NCBI RefSeq assembly: GCF_000009045.1
Contig: NC_000964.3
Coordinates: 3,968,001-4,032,000, forward strand
Direction: 5' to 3'
DNA length: 64,000 bases
Source of the DNA: Bacillus subtilis subsp. subtilis str. 168
GTDB taxonomy: Bacteria; Bacillota; Bacilli; Bacillales; Bacillaceae
A model generated the notes under the pieces. It made no database searches and had not been told where the DNA came from. It saw only the letters and a list, made by a program, of their open reading frames with translations. This document shows, in pieces, positions 29,093-38,986 of the stretch (within the stretch, counting starts at the first letter, position 1; every line of letters starts with the position of its first letter). The translations under genes and the position numbers were made by a program.

Positions 29093-29158
29093 TTCTATAT
29101 TTCAAACGAAAAGGCTGCTGAATCACGCAGCCTTTTAAAATTGTTTTGATTTAGAGCC

Positions 29159-29184
29159 TGAAACCTTTTCGCCACCTATCCGTA
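29159..29184 (+). promoter_or_regulatory. SigW-type promoter of yxjI
   Basis: TGAAAC-N16-CGTA exact. Confidence 0.85.
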
Positions 29185-29220
29185 ATTTCATACAAGGCAA
29201 ACCCAAAGGAGACTTCAGCA

Positions 29221-29709
29221 ATGATCGAGTTATTTATGAAACAAAAAATGTTCTCATTTAAAGATGCATTTCACATTTATGACCGGGATGAACAAGAAAC
29301 ATTCAAGGTGGAGGGGCGTTTTTTCTCGTTAGGAGACTCATTACAAATGACAGACTCATCTGGGAAAACGCTCGTTTCCATAGAACAAAAACTAATGTCT
29401 TTATTGCCGCGCTATGAGATTTCAATTGGCGGGAAAACAGTTTGTGAGGTAACGAAGAAAGTAACGTTTTCCAAACCGAAATTTGTGATTTCCGGGCTTA
29501 ACTGGGAAATAGATGGTGATTTATGGAGGGATGAATTCCAACTGACGGACGGGGAAAATGTCCGGATGTCAGTGAGCAAAAAGTGGCTCAGTTGGGGTGA
29601 TTCCTATCACTTGCAGATTGCATACGAGGAAGATGTTCTGATTTGCACTGCCATCGCTATCGTGCTTGATATGGTTTTATATAACGATGAAGATGAAAGT
29701 ATTTTCTAA
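29221..29709 (+). CDS. yxjI: LURP-one-like (tubby C-terminal/scramblase fold) protein
   Basis: LFMKQKMFSFKDAFHIYD, KKWLSWGDSY; AAGGAG RBS. Confidence 0.82.
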   Translation: MIELFMKQKMFSFKDAFHIYDRDEQETFKVEGRFFSLGDSLQMTDSSGKTLVSIEQKLMSLLPRYEISIGGKTVCEVTKKVTFSKPKFVISGLNWEIDGDLWRDEFQLTDGENVRMSVSKKWLSWGDSYHLQIAYEEDVLICTAIAIVLDMVLYNDEDESIF

Positions 29710-29775
29710 AAAGCATTGACAATTGATCCAAAAGTAATAATATTAAGATAATTGAAATCTGAATATGAAGTTGTA

Positions 29776-29929
29776 CCTTATCAAGAGAGGTGGAGGGACT
29801 GGCCCTATGATACCCGGCAACCGCTGTTTCAAACAGAATGGTGCTAAATCCTTAAGAACATTGCGTTCTTGCAGATGAGGCGGAGATTTGATCGTTCAAG
29901 CTCTTCCTTACACAAAGGAAGAGCTTTTT
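29776..29929 (+). ncRNA. SAM-I (S-box) riboswitch 1 with terminator
   Basis: CCTTATCAAGAGAGGTGGAGGGACTGGCCC...GGCAACC...GGTGCTAAATCC...GATGAGG; terminator AAGCTCTTCCTT/AAGGAAGAGCTTTTT 29898-29929. Confidence 0.97.
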
Positions 29930-29963
29930 ACATGCTTAATATTTCAGAAAAGAGGCGAATAAC

Positions 29964-31097
29964 ATGGCTCAACAAACGAATGTTGCAGGACAAAAAACAG
30001 AAAAACAACGCAAAGCACCTTTCCGCGCCGATCATGTCGGCAGCTTGCTTCGTTCCGTTCCGGTAAAGGAAGCCCGGCAAAAAAAAGCGGCTGGTGAGAT
30101 GACAGCGGAACAGCTTCGTGATATCGAAAATCAAGAGATCACCCGCATCGTGGAAAAACAAAAAGAAATCGGTCTCGATGTGGTAACAGACGGGGAATTC
30201 CGGCGTTCCTGGTGGCATTATGACTTCCTGGAAGGGCTTGACGGTGTGGAACCGTTCATCCCGGCTGAGGGGATTCAGTTCCATAACACAAAAACGAAAG
30301 CGCGCAGCATCAAAGTGACGGGAAAACTCGATTTTACGAGCCACCCAGCGCTCGGTGATTATCAATTTTTACATGAGATTGCCGGTAACGCGACGCCAAA
30401 ATTGACCATTCCCAGTCCAAATATGCTGTTTTTTGGCGAAAAGGCGGATAAAGGGATTTATGACGATCAAGAGGAATACTTTCATGATATGGCCCAAGCG
30501 TACAAAAAAGCAATCAAAGCCTTCTATGATGCTGGCTGCCGTTATCTCCAGCTTGATGATACGTCATGGTCTCTCTTCTTTGAGGACAAAGGCAGAGAGG
30601 TTGTCCGGGCGCTCGGCGGTGATCCAGAAACATTGCCAGCCATATTTGCCAAAACAATTAACGATGCCGTCGCAGACCGGCCTGACGATTTAACGATCAC
30701 AATGCACATTTGCCGCGGCAACTTCCGCTCAACCTGGGCGGCATCAGGAGGGTACGACGCTGTAGCGGAAACGATTTTGGACGGCTTAAACCTTGACGGC
30801 CTTTTCTTGGAATACGATGATGACCGCTCCGGAAACTTTGATCCGCTCCGTTTTGTGAAGCGCAAGGATCTGCAAATTGTGCTCGGCTTGATCACATCGA
30901 AATACGGCGAGCTTGAAAATCCTGAGGATGTGAAACGCCGTATCAATGAAGCCGCGCGTTTTGTCAGCTTGGACCAGCTATGCCTGAGCCCGCAGTGCGG
31001 TTTCGCCTCTACAGAAGAAGGCAACCTTCTGACAGAGGAGCAGCAATGGGCAAAGCTGCGCCATGTCATCGACATTGCCAACGATGTGTGGAGATAA
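29964..31097 (+). CDS. yxjH: MetE C-terminal-domain-like (core methionine synthase family) protein
   Basis: RADHVGSLLR, TDGEFRR, Zn ligands MHICRGN and SPQCGF. Confidence 0.9.
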   Translation: MAQQTNVAGQKTEKQRKAPFRADHVGSLLRSVPVKEARQKKAAGEMTAEQLRDIENQEITRIVEKQKEIGLDVVTDGEFRRSWWHYDFLEGLDGVEPFIPAEGIQFHNTKTKARSIKVTGKLDFTSHPALGDYQFLHEIAGNATPKLTIPSPNMLFFGEKADKGIYDDQEEYFHDMAQAYKKAIKAFYDAGCRYLQLDDTSWSLFFEDKGREVVRALGGDPETLPAIFAKTINDAVADRPDDLTITMHICRGNFRSTWAASGGYDAVAETILDGLNLDGLFLEYDDDRSGNFDPLRFVKRKDLQIVLGLITSKYGELENPEDVKRRINEAARFVSLDQLCLSPQCGFASTEEGNLLTEEQQWAKLRHVIDIANDVWR

Positions 31098-31166
31098 TCT
31101 ATCATTGACAGAAATAGAAAATGTGTGAATAATAGATACTATCAGAAAATTTAATAAAAAGGTTTT

Positions 31167-31319
31167 CCTTATCAAGAGAGGTGGAGGGACTGGCCCTGCG
31201 ATACCCGGCAACCGCTGTTTAACAGAATGGTGCTAAATCCTTTAGAGCAATGATTGCTCTTGAAGATAAGGTTGAGATTGTCACGCAAGCTCTTCCTTAT
31301 CCAAAGGAAGAGCTTTTTT
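31167..31319 (+). ncRNA. SAM-I (S-box) riboswitch 2 with terminator
   Basis: Same conserved core as copy 1, P1 CCTTATC/GATAAGG; terminator 31287-31319. Confidence 0.97.
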
Positions 31320-31349
31320 ATATTTGAATGGAAAGAAGGAATGGACAAC

Positions 31350-32486
31350 ATGTCACAACAAACAACACCCGCAGAACAAAAATCACTTCAAAGAAAAAAA
31401 CCGCCGTTTCGCGCGGATCAAGTCGGAAGCCTGCTAAGATCTGAGCCCGTCAAAAAAGCGCGGCTGCAAAAAGCGGCCGGCGAAATGACCGCTGAGCAGC
31501 TTCGCCAAATTGAAAACGACGAAATCATCCGCATTGTGGAAAAACAGAAGGAAACCGGCCTGAACGTCGTGACAGACGGTGAATTCCGCAGAGCATGGTG
31601 GCACTTTGATTTCCTGGAAAACTTAGATGGCGTTGAGCCGTTTACTCCTGAGCAAGGCATTCAATTCCATAACGTACAGACAAAAGCACGCGGCATTAAA
31701 GTCACAGGCGATATCGACTTTTCAACTCACCCAATGCTTGAAGATTACTCATTTCTCCATAGCATTGCCGGTGACGCGACGCCAAAGATGACGATTCCAA
31801 GTCCGAATATGCTGTTTTTCCGCGGAAAACTGGAAAAGGATGAATACAAAAACGATTATCAACTTTTCCAGCACGATGTATCCAAAGCATATAAAAAAGC
31901 GATTCAAGCGTTTTATGACAGAGGCTGCCGCTACCTCCAGCTTGATGATACAGCGTGGGCCGTTTTCTTATCAGAAAAAGGCTTAAAACAAATCGAAGCG
32001 TTCGGAACAACGCCTGACGAGCTTCGCCAGCTGTTTGCGAAATCCATTAACGACGCGATTGCAGACCGCCCGGATGACTTGACGGTAACCATGCATATTT
32101 GCCGCGGCAACTTCCAGTCCACTTGGACAGCGGAAGGCGGCTATGACGCAGCAGCCGAAACCATTTTTGACGGCTTGAATCTTGACGGACTTTTCTTAGA
32201 GTATGATGATTCACGCTCAGGCGGATTTGAGCCGCTCCGTTACGTAAAACGGTCTGATCTTCAGCTTGTTCTTGGCTTAGTGACATCTAAATTCGGTGAG
32301 CTTGAAAATCCGGATGACGTGAAACGCCGTATCGAAGAAGCGTCCCGTTATGTAAGCTTAGACCAGCTTTGCCTCAGCCCTCAATGCGGATTCGCTTCAA
32401 CTGAGGAAGGCAACAAGCTGACTGAAGAACAGCAATGGGCGAAGCTCCGCCATGTGGTTGAGATCGCTAATGATGTTTGGAAATAA
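31350..32486 (+). CDS. yxjG: MetE C-terminal-domain-like protein, paralog of yxjH
   Basis: ATG 31350 (378 aa); RADQVGSLLR, MHICRGN, SPQCGF. Confidence 0.9.
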   Translation: MSQQTTPAEQKSLQRKKPPFRADQVGSLLRSEPVKKARLQKAAGEMTAEQLRQIENDEIIRIVEKQKETGLNVVTDGEFRRAWWHFDFLENLDGVEPFTPEQGIQFHNVQTKARGIKVTGDIDFSTHPMLEDYSFLHSIAGDATPKMTIPSPNMLFFRGKLEKDEYKNDYQLFQHDVSKAYKKAIQAFYDRGCRYLQLDDTAWAVFLSEKGLKQIEAFGTTPDELRQLFAKSINDAIADRPDDLTVTMHICRGNFQSTWTAEGGYDAAAETIFDGLNLDGLFLEYDDSRSGGFEPLRYVKRSDLQLVLGLVTSKFGELENPDDVKRRIEEASRYVSLDQLCLSPQCGFASTEEGNKLTEEQQWAKLRHVVEIANDVWK

Positions 32487-32538
32487 GCAAAGAAAAAAAC
32501 ACACTTGATTCCCTAGCGGAGCAAGTGTGTTTTTTATG

Positions 32539-33312
32539 TCATTGTGCGGTGTAGCCCCCATCAAGGACGACAGCCTGCCCAGTGACGCCCTTCGCCTTCT
32601 CGCTTGCCAAAAACACGGCATAATCCGCAATTTCCTTGACGGAAAGCAGTCGCTTTTGCGGCACAAGCGGAAAAATGACTTGTTCAAGTACAGAGTCGTA
32701 AGGGACATTTCTAGTTTTCGATAGATCGCTAAGCTGATTGCGTACAAGCTGGGTATCGACATAACCCGGACAGAGCGCATTGACTGTTATGCCGTGGGGC
32801 GCGCCTTCCAGCGCCCCTACTTTTGTGAGTCCAATGACGCCGTGCTTGGCGCTATTATAAGCGGATTTCCCTGCAAAGCCCACTAATCCATTAACAGACG
32901 CAATATTAATGATTCTGCCAAACTGCTGTTTTTTCATGATCGGAAAAACATGCTTCATTGCAATAAAGGGAGCCGTCAGCATGACCTTGATCAGCTGTTC
33001 AAAGGTGTCTGTCGGAAACTCTTCAATCGGAGCGACGTGCTGAATACCGGCATTGTTCACCAGAATATCCAAGCGGCCGTATTGTTTTTGGATGACGTTC
33101 ACCGTATCAGCAACTTGCGCTTCCTTTGTCACATCATACGGAATGGCCGCCGCGTCAAAGCCTTCTTCTGCAAGCTTGGAGGCTGCTTTTTCACATGCTT
33201 CCGGACGGAGGTCTGAAACGATGACGCTGGCACCTTCCCGGGCGAATTCTCTTGCGATTTCGAATCCGATTCCGCCGGCAGCCCCTGTCACCAAAGCGAC
33301 TTGTTTTCTCAT
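32539..33312 (-). CDS. yxjF: 3-hydroxybutyrate dehydrogenase (SDR)
   Basis: TGAAGGIG, NNAGIQHVAPIEEFP, YNSAKHG, CPGYVDT. Confidence 0.9.
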   Translation of the reverse strand: MRKQVALVTGAAGGIGFEIAREFAREGASVIVSDLRPEACEKAASKLAEEGFDAAAIPYDVTKEAQVADTVNVIQKQYGRLDILVNNAGIQHVAPIEEFPTDTFEQLIKVMLTAPFIAMKHVFPIMKKQQFGRIINIASVNGLVGFAGKSAYNSAKHGVIGLTKVGALEGAPHGITVNALCPGYVDTQLVRNQLSDLSKTRNVPYDSVLEQVIFPLVPQKRLLSVKEIADYAVFLASEKAKGVTGQAVVLDGGYTAQ

Positions 33313-33328
33313 GTCAAACACCTTCCCA

Positions 33329-33979
33329 TTAAGAATTGAGTACAGACTGGCTTACAGCGAAATCAGCTTCTGTTTTTTCATAAACCTCTTCAATTGTGAC
33401 ACCATCCTGAAGCTCCGTCAGTGTCATGCGGCCGTTCACAAAATCAAATACAGCCAAATCCGTAATCAGCCTGTGTACGACTTTCTGGCCTGTCAGCGGA
33501 AGGGAGCATGTTTTTTTCACCTTTGATTCACCATGCTTATTGACGTGCTCCATGATGACAACGATTCGTTTCGCCCCGTTGACGAGATCCATGGCGCCGC
33601 CCATCCCTTTTACCATTTTGCCCGGGATCATCCAATTGGCCAAATCCCCCTGCTCCGAAACCTCCATTCCGCCGAGAATAGCTAAATCGATATGCCCGCC
33701 TCTTATCATCGCGAATGACTCAGCGCTGTCAAAATAAGAGGCGCCTGTCACTTCAGTGATCGTTTCCTTTCCCGCATTGATCAAATCCGCGTCTTCCGTT
33801 CCTTCCAGAGGATAGGGGCCAATTCCGAGCAAGCCGTTTTCCGACTGAAGCATGACGTGAACGCCATCGGGTATCTCATTTGCGACAAGCGTCGGCATTC
33901 CAATCCCGAGATTCACATTCATGCCGTCCTTGATTTCTTGTACAGCCCGTTTGACCATTCGTTTTCTCGCTTCCTTCAC
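33329..33979 (-). CDS. scoB: Succinyl-CoA:3-oxoacid CoA-transferase subunit B
   Basis: [10 protein letters not shown], catalytic [12 protein letters not shown]. Confidence 0.94.
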   Translation of the reverse strand: MKEARKRMVKRAVQEIKDGMNVNLGIGMPTLVANEIPDGVHVMLQSENGLLGIGPYPLEGTEDADLINAGKETITEVTGASYFDSAESFAMIRGGHIDLAILGGMEVSEQGDLANWMIPGKMVKGMGGAMDLVNGAKRIVVIMEHVNKHGESKVKKTCSLPLTGQKVVHRLITDLAVFDFVNGRMTLTELQDGVTIEEVYEKTEADFAVSQSVLNS

Positions 33980-34692
33980 TTGGCCTCACCCTTTCCCGAT
34001 GCTTGCTGAACTGTTCGTTTTTCAATCCGTTTTTCTTGGCTCGCGCCAAGCACGACATGCTGTACGTAAATTCCCGGCGTATGGATGTGATCTGGATCGA
34101 GCTCTCCTGCTTCCACGATTTCTTCCGCCTCGGCAATCGTGATCTTGCCTGCCATGGCGGCAATGGGATTGAAATTTCTCGCCGTTTTCCTAAAAATCAA
34201 ATTGCCCATGGTGTCCGCTTTCCACGCTTTGACGATCGCCACATCGCCGGTAATGCCTCGCTCCAGCACATAAGTCCGGCCGCCGAATGTTTTATGTTCT
34301 TTTCCCTCGGCTATGGAGGTGCCGACGCCTGTCGCCGTATAAAATCCCGGTATGCCTGCACCGCCTGCACGAATTCTCTCAGCGAGCGTTCCTTGGGGAA
34401 CAAGCTCTACCTCAAGCTCTCCGCTTAAAAACTGCCGCTCAAAAATTTTATTTTCACCGACATAGGAAGCGATCATTTTCTTGATTTGCTTGTTAGCCAG
34501 AAGCAAACCAAGCCCCCAGTCATCGACTCCGCAGTTATTGCTGACAACGGTTAAATCCTTTACTCCCTGATCTCTTATAGACAAAATGAGCTGTTCAGGG
34601 ATGCCGCACAGCCCAAACCCTCCCGCGATCAGCGTATCCCCATCATGAATCAGTTTCGCAGCTTCCTTGCTTGATGACAGCACTTTTCCCAT
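33976..34692 (-). CDS. scoA: Succinyl-CoA:3-oxoacid CoA-transferase subunit A
   Basis: [36 protein letters not shown]. Confidence 0.94.
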   Translation of the reverse strand: MGKVLSSSKEAAKLIHDGDTLIAGGFGLCGIPEQLILSIRDQGVKDLTVVSNNCGVDDWGLGLLLANKQIKKMIASYVGENKIFERQFLSGELEVELVPQGTLAERIRAGGAGIPGFYTATGVGTSIAEGKEHKTFGGRTYVLERGITGDVAIVKAWKADTMGNLIFRKTARNFNPIAAMAGKITIAEAEEIVEAGELDPDHIHTPGIYVQHVVLGASQEKRIEKRTVQQASGKGEAK

Positions 34693-34715
34693 ATTGATGC
34701 CCCTTTCGTTTTCTT

Positions 34716-36134
34716 CTACACTAGACCAGTCAGGCTGTAAATCGCGATCACAGCAAATACGGCAGCCGTTTTAATGAGCGTGATCGCAAAAATATCGCGA
34801 TAGGATTGCCGGTGGGTCAAACCCGTCACGGCCAGAAGCGTGATAACGGCGCCATTATGCGGCAGTGTATCCATCCCGCCTGATGCCATTGAAATGACCC
34901 GATGCATCACCTCTGGCGGAATATTGTAAGCCTGAATCGCCTGTAAGTATTGTTCTGACATCGCGCTTAACGCAATGCCCATTCCTCCCGAAGCCGAGCC
35001 GGTGATTCCCGCCAGCGCAGTTGTCGTAACGGCGCCATTTACAAGCGGATCGGTAAAAGTATGTGAAATTCCGCTGCTCAGCTTATGAAACCCCGGCAGC
35101 GCGGCGATAATGCCGCCGAACCCGTACTCAGCACCCGTATTCATAGATGCCAGCAAGGCGCCGCCAATTCCTTCATTCAGCCCTTCCTTCAATTGGGCAA
35201 ACACACTTCTCCAATCAAATAATATCGTTGTGATGATGCCAATCACTAAAGCAATCTCCACCGACCAAATAGCAGCCGCTGAAGAAATATCAAGCCTGCC
35301 GAACTCCTTTAATCCTATGGAAGAAAAATCAAATCCATTCGGATACCACTTTGGCAGGTAAATGGTGAAATATTTATTCACTGCACCGACGAGAATAAGC
35401 GGGACAAAGGCAAGCGCGTGCCGAATCGGGCTTTTGTCCGGTTCAGCCGCGGACTCAATCGATTCAGGAGCAGGAGCATTCTGCGAATCAAAACCGCCAT
35501 AGCCTTCGCCAGATGCCTGCGCTTTCTTCCGCCTTGATTCCAAATAGAGCATCCCAGCTGCCAGCACAATCACTGCGCCCATCAAACCCAGCCAAGGGGC
35601 GGCATAAATGTCTGTTTTGAAAAACGACGTCGGGATGACATTTTGGATTTGCGGCGTTCCCGGAAGTGCGTCCATCGTAAACGTAAAAGCTCCTAAAGCA
35701 ATCGTACCCGGGATGAGGCGTTTTGGTATGTTTGCTTCTTGGAACATGTTTTTCGCAAAAGGATATACAGCAAATACGACAACAAACAGGCTGACACCGC
35801 TGTACGTCAAGACAGCACCCATCAGCACAATGGCAAGTATCGCTCTTTTTGCCCCGACAAGCCGGACAATTGTTTTCGCGATTGATGCCGCAAGCCCGGC
35901 CATTTCAACGACCTTTCCAAAAATAGCACCGAGCAAAAACACTGGGAAATACAGCTTAATAAAACCCGCCATCTTCTCCATAAAAATTGATGAAAAAAAA
36001 GGAAGCACATGGCTTGGATCTGTCAGCAGCACCGCGAATAACGCGCAAATCGGCGCAAACAATATGACAGAAAATCCCCGATACGCCGTAAACATCAGCA
36101 AACCTAACGCCAATAGAATGATGATCAGTTCCAC
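34716..36134 (-). CDS. yxjC: GntP-like permease, probable 3-hydroxybutyrate/acetoacetate uptake
   Basis: Multi-TM; [24 protein letters not shown]; first gene of the sco operon; GTG start. Confidence 0.85.
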   Translation of the reverse strand: MELIIILLALGLLMFTAYRGFSVILFAPICALFAVLLTDPSHVLPFFSSIFMEKMAGFIKLYFPVFLLGAIFGKVVEMAGLAASIAKTIVRLVGAKRAILAIVLMGAVLTYSGVSLFVVVFAVYPFAKNMFQEANIPKRLIPGTIALGAFTFTMDALPGTPQIQNVIPTSFFKTDIYAAPWLGLMGAVIVLAAGMLYLESRRKKAQASGEGYGGFDSQNAPAPESIESAAEPDKSPIRHALAFVPLILVGAVNKYFTIYLPKWYPNGFDFSSIGLKEFGRLDISSAAAIWSVEIALVIGIITTILFDWRSVFAQLKEGLNEGIGGALLASMNTGAEYGFGGIIAALPGFHKLSSGISHTFTDPLVNGAVTTTALAGITGSASGGMGIALSAMSEQYLQAIQAYNIPPEVMHRVISMASGGMDTLPHNGAVITLLAVTGLTHRQSYRDIFAITLIKTAAVFAVIAIYSLTGLV

Positions 36135-36160
36135 ACACACATCCCCCGTTTCCGCGAACT

Positions 36161-36174
36161 AGAAAGCGTTTACA
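36161..36174. promoter_or_regulatory. CcpA cre site upstream of yxjC
   Basis: AGAAAGCGTTTACA (= TGTAAACGCTTTCT on the coding strand). Confidence 0.75.
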
Positions 36175-36287
36175 AAAACCTGTCCGCATCGGCTGTTTCC
36201 GTCCCCTTTCCATATGTACGAGAAGCGTGGGCCAACTATTCCGATTAAAAAAGGAAAGCTCCTTTTTTCGGAGCTTTCCTCTACCAT

Positions 36288-37136
36288 TCATTTCATTCCT
36301 ATTAGGATATCAACATCAACCGTAATATCGGCTGATTTCATCTCTTTCAGCAGGCTGACTCGATCTTTCGGCGCCGACCAGGCAAGCGGCGTCATCTTGA
36401 GAAGCCAGTGGATCGCCTGCTGGTCAAGCGTTTTAACATAGCGCAGCCTGACAGGACGGCTGTGTGCTGCATTTGCTGTAAAACGCTCAACTGCTGCCGT
36501 ATTGGAATACGTGCGCCTTGGTGAATCAGTATATAAAAATTGCCTTAATTCTATTAAATAGTCGCTTCGCGGCACTACTTTTATGAGCATGCCATCATTC
36601 TTCAGCAGTCTATGAAACTCTGCATAATTGGACGGCGAAAAAATAGACAGAACAACATCAAATTGGCGATCATGAAAAGGAGCACGCGCCACATCGGCAA
36701 CCGCCCACATCAGATCTTTGAATGCCTTAGAAGCTTTTAAGATCCCGTCCTTCGAAAGATCTATGCCGGTTCCTATCGCTGCTTTCCCTGCATAATCAAA
36801 CCCGCAAAGCGCATTCAAATGAGAACCCTCACCGCAACCGCTGTCCAAGATGGTGAATGCCTCATGACCAGATTTGGGATGACTGATGAGCTCTGCAATC
36901 GCATCATGGAGCGGGTCAAAAAAACCACATTCTCCAATCAGCCTGCTCCTCGCTTCAAAAAGCTCGGCACCGTAACTGGTTTTGACCGGCTTCGTCAGAA
37001 AGTTCACGTAGCCGTGCCGAGATAGATCAAATGTATGTCCTCGTTCTGTACAAATCAAGCTTTTCCCTGATGCCGCATCCATAGAAGAATCGCAGAGCGG
37101 GCATCGAAACATGCTGAAATCAACTGTTCGCTTCAT
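36288..37136 (-). CDS. tlrB: 23S rRNA m1G methyltransferase, RlmA family (yxjB; tylosin resistance)
   Basis: N-terminal CP.C...C..GH.FD zinc finger, ILDSGCGEG, GIDLS; ATG 37136. Confidence 0.9.
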   Translation of the reverse strand: MKRTVDFSMFRCPLCDSSMDAASGKSLICTERGHTFDLSRHGYVNFLTKPVKTSYGAELFEARSRLIGECGFFDPLHDAIAELISHPKSGHEAFTILDSGCGEGSHLNALCGFDYAGKAAIGTGIDLSKDGILKASKAFKDLMWAVADVARAPFHDRQFDVVLSIFSPSNYAEFHRLLKNDGMLIKVVPRSDYLIELRQFLYTDSPRRTYSNTAAVERFTANAAHSRPVRLRYVKTLDQQAIHWLLKMTPLAWSAPKDRVSLLKEMKSADITVDVDILIGMK

Positions 37137-37173
37137 GATAAAAAACACCCCATTCATTCATTTTTAGATAAAT

Positions 37174-37243
37174 GAAAAAGGCATAGACAAATAAACCTAG
37201 GCCTATCTCAAAAATTGGCCAGGTCTGGCAGTTTGTCTACACC
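37174..37243 (-). terminator. Leader attenuator of tlrB
   Basis: Minus strand GGTGTAGACAAA ... TTTGTCTATGCC-TTTTT (12 bp including 2 G-U). Confidence 0.65.
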
Positions 37244-37248
37244 TGTCA

Positions 37249-37278
37249 TTATCTATAACGAATGAATTGGATAATCAT
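37249..37278 (-). CDS. tlrB leader (arrest) peptide MIIQFIRYR
   Basis: AAAGGGAG RBS, ATG 37278, ends in the R-Y-R (R/K-x-R/K) macrolide arrest motif before TAA. Confidence 0.85.
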   Translation of the reverse strand: MIIQFIRYR

Positions 37279-37539
37279 GAAAAAAACTCCCTTTCTGCTG
37301 TATGGGTTTCCCCGTTTCCATCATACAACAAATATCCAGGAGCTGGAACCTTATAGTGAAGAAAAATCAGTACTGACATGCTGGTATCCCGCCAACATCA
37401 TATCAGCATAGCAATCCAGCATGTTTTTCCTTTATTTTCTCATTTTAGAATATAAATTTTATTATTGTGAAAATAGTTAAAAAGGTTGATTTTCAAAAAG
37501 TGAAAGGATAAAATACTGCTATCATCTTAGAAAAAGACA

Positions 37540-37718
37540 TTCTTGTATATGATCAGTAATATGGTCTGATTGTTTCTACCTAGTAACCGTAAAAAACTAG
37601 ACTACAAGAAAGTTTGAATAAATTTGAACGAGTTGAAAAGGACAAGTTCTTTTCTGTTTGCTCTTATTTTTCACACTTTCTGCACTTCCAGAATTTGTGA
37701 AGGATAAGAGCTTTTTTT
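37540..37718 (+). ncRNA. Guanine riboswitch with terminator upstream of nupG
   Basis: P1 TTCTTGTA/TACAAGAA, AATATGG, GTTTCTACC, CCGTAAA, GACTA (C discriminator = guanine); terminator GCTCTTAT...ATAAGAGC-TTTTTTT 37660-37718. Confidence 0.93.
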
Positions 37719-37751
37719 GTTTCCATAATAACCCTCATAGGAGTTGCTATC

Positions 37752-38945
37752 ATGTACTTTTTACTAAACCTTGTCGGTCTCATTGTGATTATGGCAGTTG
37801 TATTCCTATGTTCTCCGCAGAAAAAGAAAATCAAGTGGCGCCCGATCATTACGTTAATTGTTCTGGAATTGCTGATTACTTGGTTTATGCTGGGAACAAA
37901 AGTCGGAAGCTGGGCCATCGGTAAAATCGGTGATTTCTTCACTTGGCTGATTGCTTGCGCCAGTGACGGTATCGCGTTTGCCTTTCCGTCAGTGATGGCG
38001 AATGAAACAGTAGACTTTTTCTTTAGTGCGCTTCTTCCAATTATCTTTATCGTCACATTCTTTGATATTTTAACGTATTTCGGCATTTTGCCTTGGCTGA
38101 TTGATAAAATCGGATGGGTGATTTCAAAGGCTTCCCGCTTGCCGAAATTAGAAAGCTTTTTCTCTATTCAAATGATGTTCCTTGGAAATACCGAAGCACT
38201 TGCGGTCATCCGCCAGCAGCTTACGGTTTTAAGCAACAACCGCCTGCTCACATTCGGTTTAATGAGCATGAGCAGCATCAGCGGCTCCATTATCGGATCT
38301 TATCTTTCAATGGTGCCTGCGACATACGTGTTTACAGCCATTCCTTTGAACTGCTTAAACGCGCTGATTATCGCAAACCTGCTGAATCCTGTTCACGTGC
38401 CGGAGGATGAAGATATCATCTATACACCGCCTAAAGAAGAGAAGAAAGACTTTTTCTCTACGATTTCTAACAGTATGCTTGTCGGCATGAACATGGTTAT
38501 CGTTATTTTGGCAATGGTGATCGGATATGTCGCATTAACGTCAGCAGTTAATGGCATTCTTGGCGTTTTCGTACATGGCCTGACCATCCAGACAATTTTT
38601 GCTTATCTGTTCAGTCCGTTCGCATTCCTGCTTGGACTGCCAGTGCACGATGCGATGTATGTTGCTCAGCTGATGGGCATGAAATTAGCAACGAACGAGT
38701 TTGTTGCGATGCTTGACTTGAAAAACAATCTCAAATCCCTTCCGCCTCACACCGTTGCGGTGGCGACGACATTCCTGACGTCCTTTGCAAACTTCAGTAC
38801 TGTCGGCATGATTTACGGCACGTACAATTCGATCCTTGACGGAGAAAAGTCAACGGTCATCGGGAGAAACGTGTGGAAACTGCTCGTCAGCGGAATTGCG
38901 GTATCTTTATTAAGTGCTGCGATTGTCGGCCTGTTTGTGTGGTAG
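37752..38945 (+). CDS. nupG: CNT family purine nucleoside transporter (yxjA)
   Basis: FFFSALLPIIF, FLGNTEAL, KLATNEFVAM, SFANFSTVG. Confidence 0.93.
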   Translation: MYFLLNLVGLIVIMAVVFLCSPQKKKIKWRPIITLIVLELLITWFMLGTKVGSWAIGKIGDFFTWLIACASDGIAFAFPSVMANETVDFFFSALLPIIFIVTFFDILTYFGILPWLIDKIGWVISKASRLPKLESFFSIQMMFLGNTEALAVIRQQLTVLSNNRLLTFGLMSMSSISGSIIGSYLSMVPATYVFTAIPLNCLNALIIANLLNPVHVPEDEDIIYTPPKEEKKDFFSTISNSMLVGMNMVIVILAMVIGYVALTSAVNGILGVFVHGLTIQTIFAYLFSPFAFLLGLPVHDAMYVAQLMGMKLATNEFVAMLDLKNNLKSLPPHTVAVATTFLTSFANFSTVGMIYGTYNSILDGEKSTVIGRNVWKLLVSGIAVSLLSAAIVGLFVW

Positions 38946-38952
38946 AAACATT

Positions 38953-38984
38953 GAGCCATATCCCTTTTCGGATATGGCTCTTTT
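38953..38984. terminator. Terminator between nupG and yxiT
   Basis: GAGCCATATCC-cttttc-GGATATGGCTC-TTTT. Confidence 0.8.
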
Positions 38985-38986
38985 CA

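Noticed and set aside
37664-38086. 140-aa minus-strand ORF over the nupG start, and an 88-aa plus-strand ORF at 37658
   Set aside because: Overlap the guanine riboswitch terminator and nupG coding sequence; composition mirrors nupG's hydrophobic codons.
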